Below the pieces are notes generated by a model. The model saw only the letters and a list, made by a program, of their open reading frames with translations, was not told the DNA's origin and searched no databases. A program made the position numbers and the translations under genes. A stretch of DNA of 40,697 bases, taken from NCBI GenBank assembly GCA_963932775.1, contig CAWVVG010000001.1, positions 1-40,697 of the forward strand, written 5' to 3'. The DNA is from an uncultured bacterium (GTDB taxonomy: Bacteria; Myxococcota_A; UBA796). Within the stretch, counting starts at the first letter, position 1; each line of letters starts with the position of its first letter. Positions 33,351-40,697 of the stretch are shown piece by piece.

Positions 33351-34912
33351 AGTGATCCGCCCAGTTCGAGAGAAACGCCGAGTGAGCCGGGGCTGAGTGG
33401 GCCGATAAGTGGGCTGCTGGCATCGCCCGCCTCCTTCGTCATTGCATTTCCATCCGCATCTGCACGGGCTTGTATCCAGACTTGAGCGGGCCAAGGGCCA
33501 CCCAACATGATGTCACCGTCTCCAACTGAGAACGGACCGGGAACAGCGCTTGGATTCAGGCGTACAGCGGCCACAGGTGGACCTTGGGGCGTCGGGCTGC
33601 GGCGGACAATCACAAAGACGGCCCCGGTCGTTGGCTGCACCTGGCCAGTAGCCAGTCGGATTTCCCCTTGAATCTGTGCCGCTGATGTCTGGGGGGTGGC
33701 CTCTACTGTGGTTTGGGGGTCACCTCCATCCAGCTCCAGGCTTACATCCTTTGTGCCCGCAGCAAAGGGCCCCAGCCGGGGTGCGACGAGGTCTGATGCT
33801 TCTTTTGTGGTGGGGTCTCCGTCCGCATCGAGGCGGGCTTCGACCCACACCTGATCTGGCCAAGCACCACCCATCATTAGGTCTCGGTCGGTGATGGTGA
33901 ACGTACCCGGAACGCCCCGGGGATCCAGGCGGACTGCCGCGACGGGTGGCCCCGCTCCTTCGGCACTGCGTCGGACCATAATAAAGAGAACACCACCGGT
34001 GGGTGCAACACTCCCTTCTGCCAAGGACATGCTGCCTGAGATCTTTGTGGTGGCTGGGGGCCGTCGAGCTTCAGCCAGCGCTCTTGAGGCCATGGATCGT
34101 TCTTCTCGACTGGAGGCGTTCTCGAGCGCCTTCTCCAGAGAGGATACTGCGCCCGATCGGTTGCCGGTTTGCAGGGCGATGAGTCCTCTCCACAGGTGGG
34201 CCTCGCTGAAGTTTGGGTCCGCAGCCAGGGCCACATCAAGCTCGGCGGTTGCCCGCTCGGCCATCCCCACGGAGGTCTGTAGGATGGCGAGGTGGGTGCG
34301 GACTTCGGGGTGGTCGGGTGCCAGGGCCCGAGCCTTGTCCATCCAGCTCATGGCCAGCCCGAGGTCACCCGCTTGGATGGCGAGGTGTGCCAGCTTATTG
34401 ATGGGGTCAATTAGGGTCGGATCGGCCTCGGATTCAGCCTTTAATGAGGCGATCATCGCGTCCATGGATGGGCTGTCCGACTGGATTCCACCAGTCATGA
34501 TCCCACCCTGTTTGCGGTCACTGGTCGAGGTCTGCAAGGCGGCGCCGAGGCCCACAAAAAACAGCATGGTGGCGCCAGCCCAGGCAGCGCGCCTGCCCCA
34601 AGAAACGGGTCGGTGCTCAGTCTTTTCTGCGACTAATACGGTGGGTGCTTGCTCCATTTCTTCAGCGGTCTTCAGCGCGGTTGCGGCCTCGTCGACCAAG
34701 CTGCCCCAGCGATATGCGTACTCTGCCGATTCAATCTTGGCCTGGTCTGCACGGAGCGAGCGAAGTTGGTCAATCAGGGAGTCTTTCAGCGCCCACGCCT
34801 CTGACGCAGGGTCGTGCCGGGAGCCACCCCTTGATTTTAGTGCCAAGAATATGCCCGCGACCATGCCAATGGTCATGACTGCAATGGGAGCTCCCCATAC
34901 ATTCCAGTCCAT
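33347..34912 (-). CDS. ccmI: cytochrome c-type biogenesis protein CcmI/CycH (2 TM + TPR + duplicated C-terminal domain)
   Basis: 521 aa and the last gene of the ccm operon. Two TM helices, TPR-like LAIQAGDLGLAMSWMDKARALAPDHPEV...AHLWRGLIALQTGN, then two copies of a ~105-aa domain. The ATG overlaps the ccmH stop. Confidence 0.75.
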   Translation of the reverse strand: MDWNVWGAPIAVMTIGMVAGIFLALKSRGGSRHDPASEAWALKDSLIDQLRSLRADQAKIESAEYAYRWGSLVDEAATALKTAEEMEQAPTVLVAEKTEHRPVSWGRRAAWAGATMLFFVGLGAALQTSTSDRKQGGIMTGGIQSDSPSMDAMIASLKAESEADPTLIDPINKLAHLAIQAGDLGLAMSWMDKARALAPDHPEVRTHLAILQTSVGMAERATAELDVALAADPNFSEAHLWRGLIALQTGNRSGAVSSLEKALENASSREERSMASRALAEARRPPATTKISGSMSLAEGSVAPTGGVLFIMVRRSAEGAGPPVAAVRLDPRGVPGTFTITDRDLMMGGAWPDQVWVEARLDADGDPTTKEASDLVAPRLGPFAAGTKDVSLELDGGDPQTTVEATPQTSAAQIQGEIRLATGQVQPTTGAVFVIVRRSPTPQGPPVAAVRLNPSAVPGPFSVGDGDIMLGGPWPAQVWIQARADADGNAMTKEAGDASSPLIGPLSPGSLGVSLELGGSL

Positions 34913-35448
34913 CAGTTCACCTCGCCGAGTTCTTCAAGGATCCGATTCCGCCAAGGTTCAATGGCGGGGTCAGGAGTGTGGACCTGAGACGGAGAGTCAT
35001 CGGTTTGTGTGCCCATCTTTCGTTCCCGGCGGCCCCAAATTAGGAGCAGAAAGCCGCCGACCAATACCACTGCAATCGGTGCAAGGAACAGGGCTTTGTG
35101 GTCCTCGTCGGGGGGCTCGAGTTCGACCCAGGCGCCGTAACGATCGACGAAATAATAGGTGATCTGGTCTTCAGTGTAGCCTTGGCTGACCAGCTCCTCA
35201 ATGCGTGTTCCCATCGCTCGCGCGGCATCGGATGGAGAGTCCGCAACACTGAGCCCTTGGCAGACCGGGCACCGCAGGTGGGTCTGAAGGCGATCGGTTC
35301 GGGCCGCGGCAGTAGCGGCATCGGGTGGGTCTTCGAGTGGGGGCTCTGGCAGCTCTACCGTTGCGAGCTCATTGACCACATCGGCCGGCGACTCGGGAAA
35401 GGCCGGTTGTGTGCCCAATAGGGCGGCCAATAAAATGAGGGTACCCAT
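34912..35448 (-). CDS. ccmH: cytochrome c-type biogenesis protein CcmH
   Basis: LRCPVCQGLSVADSPSDAARAM (CxxC motif) with a C-terminal TM. ATG 35448 overlaps the ccmG stop (TGATG). The ORF track starts one codon earlier, at TTG 35451. Confidence 0.85.
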   Translation of the reverse strand: MGTLILLAALLGTQPAFPESPADVVNELATVELPEPPLEDPPDAATAAARTDRLQTHLRCPVCQGLSVADSPSDAARAMGTRIEELVSQGYTEDQITYYFVDRYGAWVELEPPDEDHKALFLAPIAVVLVGGFLLLIWGRRERKMGTQTDDSPSQVHTPDPAIEPWRNRILEELGEVN

Positions 35449-35963
35449 CAAAGCATCTGCTCCAGCGTAGTGACCATAATTTCCTGGCTCACCGGGCCCG
35501 ATACCTTCCGAACGATCGTGCCCGAAGCATCGATAAAGAAGGTCTCTGGGACGCCGGCCACACCATAGGCGATGGCAGTACGGCCGCCCGGATCTTCGAG
35601 GGTGGGCCAGTGTGAGCCCGACCGGTTCAGGTATGCCCGGGCCTTGGATGCATCATCTTGGTAGAGCACGGCGACGAAGTGCACACCCATGGGGCCGTAG
35701 GTCTCGGCGGCACGAAGCAACACAGGATGTTCGATCTTGCAGGGCTGGCACCAAGTCGACCAGAAGTTGACCACCACTGGCTTGCCGTTGGCTTCGTCCA
35801 GGGAAAACGGGTCACCATCGAGGGTGGTCAACGAGAATATTGGCGCTTGGCGTCCCTCGAGAGCATTGGAGCGCAGCTTGGGGTCGCGATTAAAGCCCTC
35901 GGCCAACAGGGCCACAAGAGGAACGGTGATGACGGCACCGGCGGTCAGGACCTTCCAATTCAT
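35448..35963 (-). CDS. ccmG: thiol:disulfide interchange protein DsbE/CcmG
   Basis: ORF trimmed to ATG 35963 (MNWKVLTAGAVITVPLVALL), which overlaps the ccmF stop (ATGA). Has VVNFWSTWCQPCKIEHP and GVAGVPETFFID. Confidence 0.9.
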   Translation of the reverse strand: MNWKVLTAGAVITVPLVALLAEGFNRDPKLRSNALEGRQAPIFSLTTLDGDPFSLDEANGKPVVVNFWSTWCQPCKIEHPVLLRAAETYGPMGVHFVAVLYQDDASKARAYLNRSGSHWPTLEDPGGRTAIAYGVAGVPETFFIDASGTIVRKVSGPVSQEIMVTTLEQML

Positions 35964-37921
35964 GCGATCTCTCGGCGTCGCTGGCTGGGCCAACCCGCGA
36001 TGAGCGAGCCAAAAAGCATCACGCCGCCGCCAAACCACAGCCACCACACCAGGGGCTCGACAACCACACTGAGGCTCGCCATTTTCGCTTCCGGATCGAC
36101 CTGAACCAGACTCAAGTACAGGTCTTCGTCCCAGCCGGAGATGACCGTCGGTGTCCCGATCGCTTGGTTCATCTTCTTGTAGTGGTTCAAGCGGGGTGCG
36201 GCCTTTCCGAGATCTCGACCGTTCTTGGTGATCTCAAAGTTGGCCACACGAGACCAGCGATGGGGCTCATCTTGTCGTTCGGAGCCCGTGTAGGTGATGT
36301 CGTAGTCCATGAAGGACTTGGTACTGCCTTCCCGCAGTGTCATCTCGGTTTCAGAGCGGTACACACTCGACGCTGCGATCGCTACCGCGATGATGACCAC
36401 ACCAAAGTGAACGACGTAGCCGCCCGCTCGGCGGTGCCCGGTGCGCCAAGTGGTGAGCAAGGCTTTGGGCAGAGACTCTCCCAGTGTGGCAGCCCTGTGG
36501 CGGCCTGGCTCGGTCAACTCCCGAAGGGTGACAGCACCCGCGAATCCGGACAAAGCAAAGGTCATCAAGGCCATGGGTTCACGGAGCCCAGCAAGGAGGC
36601 AGCCGATAAGAATCACGACAGACAAGCCGGCGGGAACGGCCAGCCGAGAGGCCAATACACCGGGCTCGGAGTTTCCCCAAGGCAGCGCTGGGCCCACACC
36701 CATCAAGAACAATATGCCCATACAGATGGGCACGCTCATTCGATTGAAGTAGGGCGCGCCGACGGAGATCTGGACGTCGGTGAGCACCTCATTGAGCAGG
36801 GGGTATAGGGTGCCAAGCAAGACGGTGAAGGTGAACGCGGCGAACAACAGATTGTTGCCCAAGAAGGCAAACTCACGGGACCAAGGTCCGGCCAGCTTGG
36901 TGGTGGGCTGGGTCAGGAGATCTACCCGGGCCGCCAACAGAATGATGCACACCACCAAAGCAAAGCCGAGGAAGCCCAAAAAGACCGGTCCGATGGGCGA
37001 TTGAGTGAAGCTGTGCACGGAGTTGAACACGCCGGAGCGGGTCATAAAGGTGCCGAGCAGAGTCAGGAGAAAGGTGGCCATGACCAAGGCGAGCGTCCAG
37101 CCCTTGAGGTGCTCTCTGCGTTCCATTACCATCGATGAGTGGATGAAAGCGGTGGCCGTCAACCAGGGCAGAAAGCTTGCGTTCTCAACGGGGTCCCATG
37201 CCCAATAGCCGCCCCAACCGAGCACCTCGTAGCTCCACCAGCCTCCGAGAATGATGCCCACGGTCAGACAGGTCCAGGGCACCAGCATCCATCGTCGAAT
37301 GGAGCGAGACCAAGCAGTGGGCATTCGTCCACTGAGCAGCGCTGCGCATGCCATGCCAAAGGGCACCGACATGCCGACGTAGCCCAGGTACAGGGTCGGT
37401 GGATGGATGACCATCAGGATGTGGTTTTGCAGCAGTGGGTTGGGTCCGGGACCGTTGGTCAGTGGTTCAAGTACGCGCTCGAATGGGTTGGCGATGCCAC
37501 TGACCATGAACGTGAAGAAAATGCCGACTGCCAAGATGGAGCCCAGGGCCCACGGTGCGTGTTCCGGGTGTTGGTTCCGCATCTTGTAGGCAAATATTCC
37601 CGACCAGATGGAGAGGACAAAGGCCCACAGAAGTATGGATCCATCCAGGGACGACCAGAGGGACACGATGGTGAATGCCAGCGGGGTCTCGTTGCTGCCC
37701 ACTTCCGCCACATACTTCACGGAGTAGTCGTGAGTGATGAGGGCATACTCCATCAACAAGGTCGCAAAAGCGATGGCCCCAGTGAAGGTGTACGCGGCCC
37801 AGCGCGTCCAGCGCCAGACGTCTTCCCTGCCGGTCTTTCCAGCCCACATTCCTGTGACTGCACCGGTTGTGCATGCGACGAGACCAAGCAATACCGCTGC
37901 GCGGCCGAGTTCGGGTATCAA
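35960..37921 (-). CDS. ccmF: cytochrome c heme lyase subunit CcmF
   Basis: 653 aa, polytopic, with the WWSYEVLGWGGYWAWDPVENASFLPWL tryptophan-rich motif. The N-terminus MIPELGRAAVLLGL is CcmF-like. The start codon is TTG (37921-37919), overlapping the ccmE TGA. Confidence 0.93.
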   Translation of the reverse strand: MIPELGRAAVLLGLVACTTGAVTGMWAGKTGREDVWRWTRWAAYTFTGAIAFATLLMEYALITHDYSVKYVAEVGSNETPLAFTIVSLWSSLDGSILLWAFVLSIWSGIFAYKMRNQHPEHAPWALGSILAVGIFFTFMVSGIANPFERVLEPLTNGPGPNPLLQNHILMVIHPPTLYLGYVGMSVPFGMACAALLSGRMPTAWSRSIRRWMLVPWTCLTVGIILGGWWSYEVLGWGGYWAWDPVENASFLPWLTATAFIHSSMVMERREHLKGWTLALVMATFLLTLLGTFMTRSGVFNSVHSFTQSPIGPVFLGFLGFALVVCIILLAARVDLLTQPTTKLAGPWSREFAFLGNNLLFAAFTFTVLLGTLYPLLNEVLTDVQISVGAPYFNRMSVPICMGILFLMGVGPALPWGNSEPGVLASRLAVPAGLSVVILIGCLLAGLREPMALMTFALSGFAGAVTLRELTEPGRHRAATLGESLPKALLTTWRTGHRRAGGYVVHFGVVIIAVAIAASSVYRSETEMTLREGSTKSFMDYDITYTGSERQDEPHRWSRVANFEITKNGRDLGKAAPRLNHYKKMNQAIGTPTVISGWDEDLYLSLVQVDPEAKMASLSVVVEPLVWWLWFGGGVMLFGSLIAGWPSQRRREIA

Positions 37922-38382
37922 AGCGACTCCACGGTCTTGTAGAGTTCTTCTACGGTTTCACCCTCTTGGGGTGCTTTATATTCATTGGAATGCTTGACCA
38001 TGAGCCGACTGGATTCGAAGATTCCCGCATGGGTCATGGTGCCTTCGACCACCACACCGATGCCCTCTCGGAACATCTGAGGTGGAGCCCCGGAGCAATG
38101 GACCGGGACTTCTTCGATCCCATCGGACACTGTAAATTCGAGCTCAGAATCATCTGGGTTCCAATTCATGGTGCCGTCTTTGACCACACCGCCGAGGCGA
38201 ATGGTGGCACCGATGCTCTTGTCTCCAGCGGCGACCAGCTGTGTTGGGTCCCAGTAGTAGACGAGGTTCTCACCGATGTTGCCAAAGGCTACGAAAGCCA
38301 AGGCGGAACCCGCAACAAGGAGGGCACCTGCGAGGAACACTCGGCGGCTTCTTGCGACATCGCTCTTTGCTATATCGCTCAT
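37918..38382 (-). CDS. ccmE: cytochrome c maturation heme chaperone CcmE
   Basis: ORF trimmed to ATG 38382 (MSDIAKSDVARSRRVFLAGALLVAG). Has IRLGGVVKDG and the heme-binding VKHSNEYKAP (HxxxY). Confidence 0.9.
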   Translation of the reverse strand: MSDIAKSDVARSRRVFLAGALLVAGSALAFVAFGNIGENLVYYWDPTQLVAAGDKSIGATIRLGGVVKDGTMNWNPDDSELEFTVSDGIEEVPVHCSGAPPQMFREGIGVVVEGTMTHAGIFESSRLMVKHSNEYKAPQEGETVEELYKTVESL

Positions 38383-38492
38383 TGGGCACGCTCGCGTAAG
38401 TGGAGTGAGATTCCGTACAGGACCAGCCCCGCCCATGTGATGCCATACACTGCCCACACAAACTCCCAACCGCCTTGGATCATTCCAGTCAT
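38379..38492 (-). CDS. ccmD: heme exporter protein CcmD (37 aa)
   Basis: Below the ORF-track size cutoff and found by hand translation: MTGMIQGGWEFVWAVYGITWAGLVLYGISLHLRERAQ. It has a single TM and the CcmD-like GG..(F)VW.(A/S)Y pattern. It starts 1 nt after the ccmC stop, and its TGA overlaps the ccmE ATG (ATGA). Confidence 0.75.
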   Translation of the reverse strand: MTGMIQGGWEFVWAVYGITWAGLVLYGISLHLRERAQ

Positions 38493-38493
38493 T

Positions 38494-39189
38494 TCAGTCC
38501 TCCACGGCCAACGGAGCCGATGGAGCCGGAAGATCCGGGCCATCAAATTCCAGGGTCAATTGGGCCACAGCAAGTCGCCAGCGCCGCACCACAAAGGCGG
38601 TGCTTAAGAAGAGCATCGCGAATGCCGCAACCCGCAATGGGGTCACCATGGCGCTGTCCACGGTCTCTGGACTTGAGAAGTTCTGGTGCAGGGTACGCCA
38701 CCATTTGACGGACATGTACACGATGGGCACATTTACAAAGGCCACGATGGTGGCCACGGAGGAGATGGTGAGTCGCCGCGCAGGTTCATCGATCTGCTTG
38801 CGCAGCGCGAGCACAACACCGAAACCTACCACCATGATCGCGCAGGTGGTGAGGCGCGGATCCCATGTCCAGTACACGCCCCACGTGGGCTTGGCCCACA
38901 GGCTTCCTTGGATGAGTAGCAGTACGTTGAGCAGCAATCCGACTTCAACCGAGGCCTCGACCAGGGCATCCCACTTGGCTTTTCCGGTGAGCATGGCGCC
39001 GATGGCTGCGATGAAGGCCACCAGGTAGGTCAGCAGTCCAACCCAGGCGGTGGGTACATGGGCATATAGAATGCGACCGACATCGCCCATCATGGCTTCG
39101 GGTGGGGCGACAAACAGCCCTACATAGTGTGCTCCCAAGAGCATCAGGAACCCGACGGCACCGAGGTATGTTTCCCATCGAACGTTCAT
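38494..39189 (-). CDS. ccmC: heme exporter protein CcmC
   Basis: ORF trimmed to ATG 39189, which overlaps the ccmB stop (ATGA). Has YAHVPTAW and the WAKPTWGVYWTWDPRLT tryptophan-rich motif. Confidence 0.9.
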   Translation of the reverse strand: MNVRWETYLGAVGFLMLLGAHYVGLFVAPPEAMMGDVGRILYAHVPTAWVGLLTYLVAFIAAIGAMLTGKAKWDALVEASVEVGLLLNVLLLIQGSLWAKPTWGVYWTWDPRLTTCAIMVVGFGVVLALRKQIDEPARRLTISSVATIVAFVNVPIVYMSVKWWRTLHQNFSSPETVDSAMVTPLRVAAFAMLFLSTAFVVRRWRLAVAQLTLEFDGPDLPAPSAPLAVED

Positions 39190-39854
39190 GCTTCCACCAC
39201 CCTCCCAAAGAGGACCCCGCACAAGCTCCAATAGATGAGATTGAAGCAACCGAGCAGTACCAGCCATGAACCGGCTTGGTTCATGGGGTCGCCCAGCATC
39301 ACGAGGGATGTCGTTTTAACGGCTGCAACCACCACTGGCACGACCAATGGAAAAAGCATCAACGGAAGCAAGAGTTGGCGGCCACTTAAACGGGCGATCA
39401 TCGCCGAATATAGCGTGCCCGGTGCGGCGAGCCCGGCACCACCTAAGAAGATGGTCAGGACCAGCCAGGCCCAGTGTTCTGTGATGGTGGCATCGCAGAT
39501 TACGATCACCATGGGAATGCTGATCAGGCCGACTATCCACAACTGCACACTGTTTGCGATGGCCTTGCCATAGAACAATCCCGGCGCGCTGACTGGCACC
39601 AGCAGCAGCTTGGATACCGCATCCGCCTCGAATTCGATCCGCATGGAGCGGTCCAGCAGCAGGGTCGAGCACAACAGTAGGCCCAGCCAGAGATAGGCCC
39701 CGGCATGGTGTCGCAGGGCCGCTGCATCGGGGCCAATGGCGAAGGCAAAGAGTAAAAGGATGGTGTAGGCAAAGCTCAGCAGCGCCACGGTACGCGAACG
39801 GGCCCGCCACTCGATGAGCATGTCTTTGTACAGAATGTCCAAGGTGGTCTTCAT
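39186..39854 (-). CDS. ccmB: heme exporter permease CcmB
   Basis: 222 aa with 6 predicted TM helices. MKTTLDILYKDMLIEWRARS...LLLVP is CcmB-like. The ATG overlaps the ccmA stop (ATGA). Confidence 0.88.
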   Translation of the reverse strand: MKTTLDILYKDMLIEWRARSRTVALLSFAYTILLLFAFAIGPDAAALRHHAGAYLWLGLLLCSTLLLDRSMRIEFEADAVSKLLLVPVSAPGLFYGKAIANSVQLWIVGLISIPMVIVICDATITEHWAWLVLTIFLGGAGLAAPGTLYSAMIARLSGRQLLLPLMLFPLVVPVVVAAVKTTSLVMLGDPMNQAGSWLVLLGCFNLIYWSLCGVLFGRVVEA

Positions 39855-40522
39855 AGATCACCCCGCTCTCTGTGCAGGGCTCGCCATGCAGTCTCTGCCT
39901 TGTCTGCGGCACCGGACCACCGGATCTGTCCCTCGTCCATCAATACCGCTCGGGTGCACAAGGGTGCTGCATGGTGAACCTGGTGGCTTGCGATAATGAC
40001 CGCACCCGGCAGTTCACGAATGGCCTGTGAGACTTGTGCTATCCCGCCAGGGTCCATCTGAGCGAAGGGCTCGTCGAGCAGTGCGAGTCGTGGTTGGGCT
40101 TGAAGCAGCTGCGCGAGGGCCAAGCGACGACGCATTCCGGCCGAGTATCTCGCCACCGGGTCGGGTCTCAAGTCGAGTCCGACGGTGTCGAGCAGTGTCG
40201 GGATCTGGCTCGGGTCCCGTTGGCTCATCCGTGCGAACACCATGAGGTTGTCTGATGCCGATAGGTCCTCATACACACCTGCAGAGTGTCCCATCAGTCC
40301 GATGTCTGCTCGGGGGTTGCTCTTGCCACCCATAAGCTCCAGATACCCCTGGCTTGGGGGTGTCAGTGTGGAGAGTACGTTCAGCAGCGTGGTCTTCCCG
40401 CAGCCGTTTGGACCGATGACGAGCAGCCGCTCGTGGGCGCCCACCTCCAGGTCCAGTCGAGCAACAGCCCAACGCCGTCCGAAGCGTCGTCCCAGGCCTT
40501 TTGCTTTGACCACTGTGTCCAT
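39851..40522 (-). CDS. ccmA: heme ABC exporter ATP-binding protein CcmA
   Basis: Walker A GPNGCGKTTLL, signature-like YSAGMRRRLALAQLL, Walker B LALLDEPF. Confidence 0.9.
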   Translation of the reverse strand: MDTVVKAKGLGRRFGRRWAVARLDLEVGAHERLLVIGPNGCGKTTLLNVLSTLTPPSQGYLELMGGKSNPRADIGLMGHSAGVYEDLSASDNLMVFARMSQRDPSQIPTLLDTVGLDLRPDPVARYSAGMRRRLALAQLLQAQPRLALLDEPFAQMDPGGIAQVSQAIRELPGAVIIASHQVHHAAPLCTRAVLMDEGQIRWSGAADKAETAWRALHRERGDL

Positions 40523-40589
40523 CGGGCGCGTTTAACCCATCCGATGGGGTGACCGATGCAGAACGGTACCAGCACCGGTCAGATCAGAT

Positions 40590-40697
40590 TCATTCGCTGG
40601 TGATACCAGCCTTTCCAAGGGTACCCAGTTCATCGAATAAGTAGATGTTCGCTCGGATGGCTTTCTCGAAGATGCCAAGGTGCATGGACTCGTTGGG
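40590..40697 (-). CDS. C-terminal fragment of an unidentified protein (continues beyond the window)
   Basis: Hand translation of the minus strand from the window edge gives ...PNESMHLGIFEKAIRANIYLFDELGTLGKAGITSE, with a stop at 40592-40590. Only 35 codons are visible and I recognise no family. Confidence 0.35.
   Translation of the reverse strand, partial: PNESMHLGIFEKAIRANIYLFDELGTLGKAGITSE

Noticed and set aside
33891-35162. 423-aa + strand ORF opposite ccmI and ccmH
   Set aside because: The translation is Ala/Ser/Arg-rich and low in complexity. The minus strand fits the ccm operon with coupled junctions.

Overview
This is a gene-dense, high-GC (by eye roughly 58-62%) chromosomal segment with about 41 protein-coding genes. 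I found no rRNA, tRNA, CRISPR array or mobile element. The many lipobox lipoproteins, a MopE-type Cys/Asp-rich motif protein and an ftp-like type III PKS operon suggest a Myxococcota/deltaproteobacterial-type genome; this is a low-confidence inference.

Gene order, left to right:
- glpD, partial and open at the window edge, so absent from the ORF track.
- A small lipoprotein, a crotonase-family enzyme and a YceI-like protein.
- A five-gene translationally coupled cluster at 3353-7922: type III PKS, ICMT-like methyltransferase, ACP, fatty acyl-AMP ligase and flavoprotein.
- A degenerate EEP-like membrane protein.
- A TlpA-like thioredoxin lipoprotein.
- A GYF_2/SH3b protein.
- A flavodoxin-fold protein coupled to a solitary N6-adenine DNA methyltransferase fused to one HsdS-type TRD.
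- An FGase-family gene.
- A coupled lipoprotein/alpha-beta-hydrolase pair.
- pyk, a stand-alone HTH gene, and argG-argH.
- A minus-strand block of two M16 peptidases and ilvE.
- A triple-repeat lipoprotein carrying an (Asp-Ala)11 microsatellite.
- An FkbM methyltransferase divergent from a GT2-TPR-sulfotransferase fusion.
- Two lipoproteins and a hybrid histidine kinase.
- A complete, fully overlapping ccmABCDEFGHI System I cytochrome c maturation operon, including a 37-aa ccmD that the ORF track misses.

The best candidates for undescribed biology are the phenolic-lipid cluster, the flavodoxin-fold plus M-S fusion pair, and the FkbM / GT2-TPR-sulfotransferase locus. I see no recognisable complete defence system. 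All functional calls come from motifs read by eye, and no database search was run.
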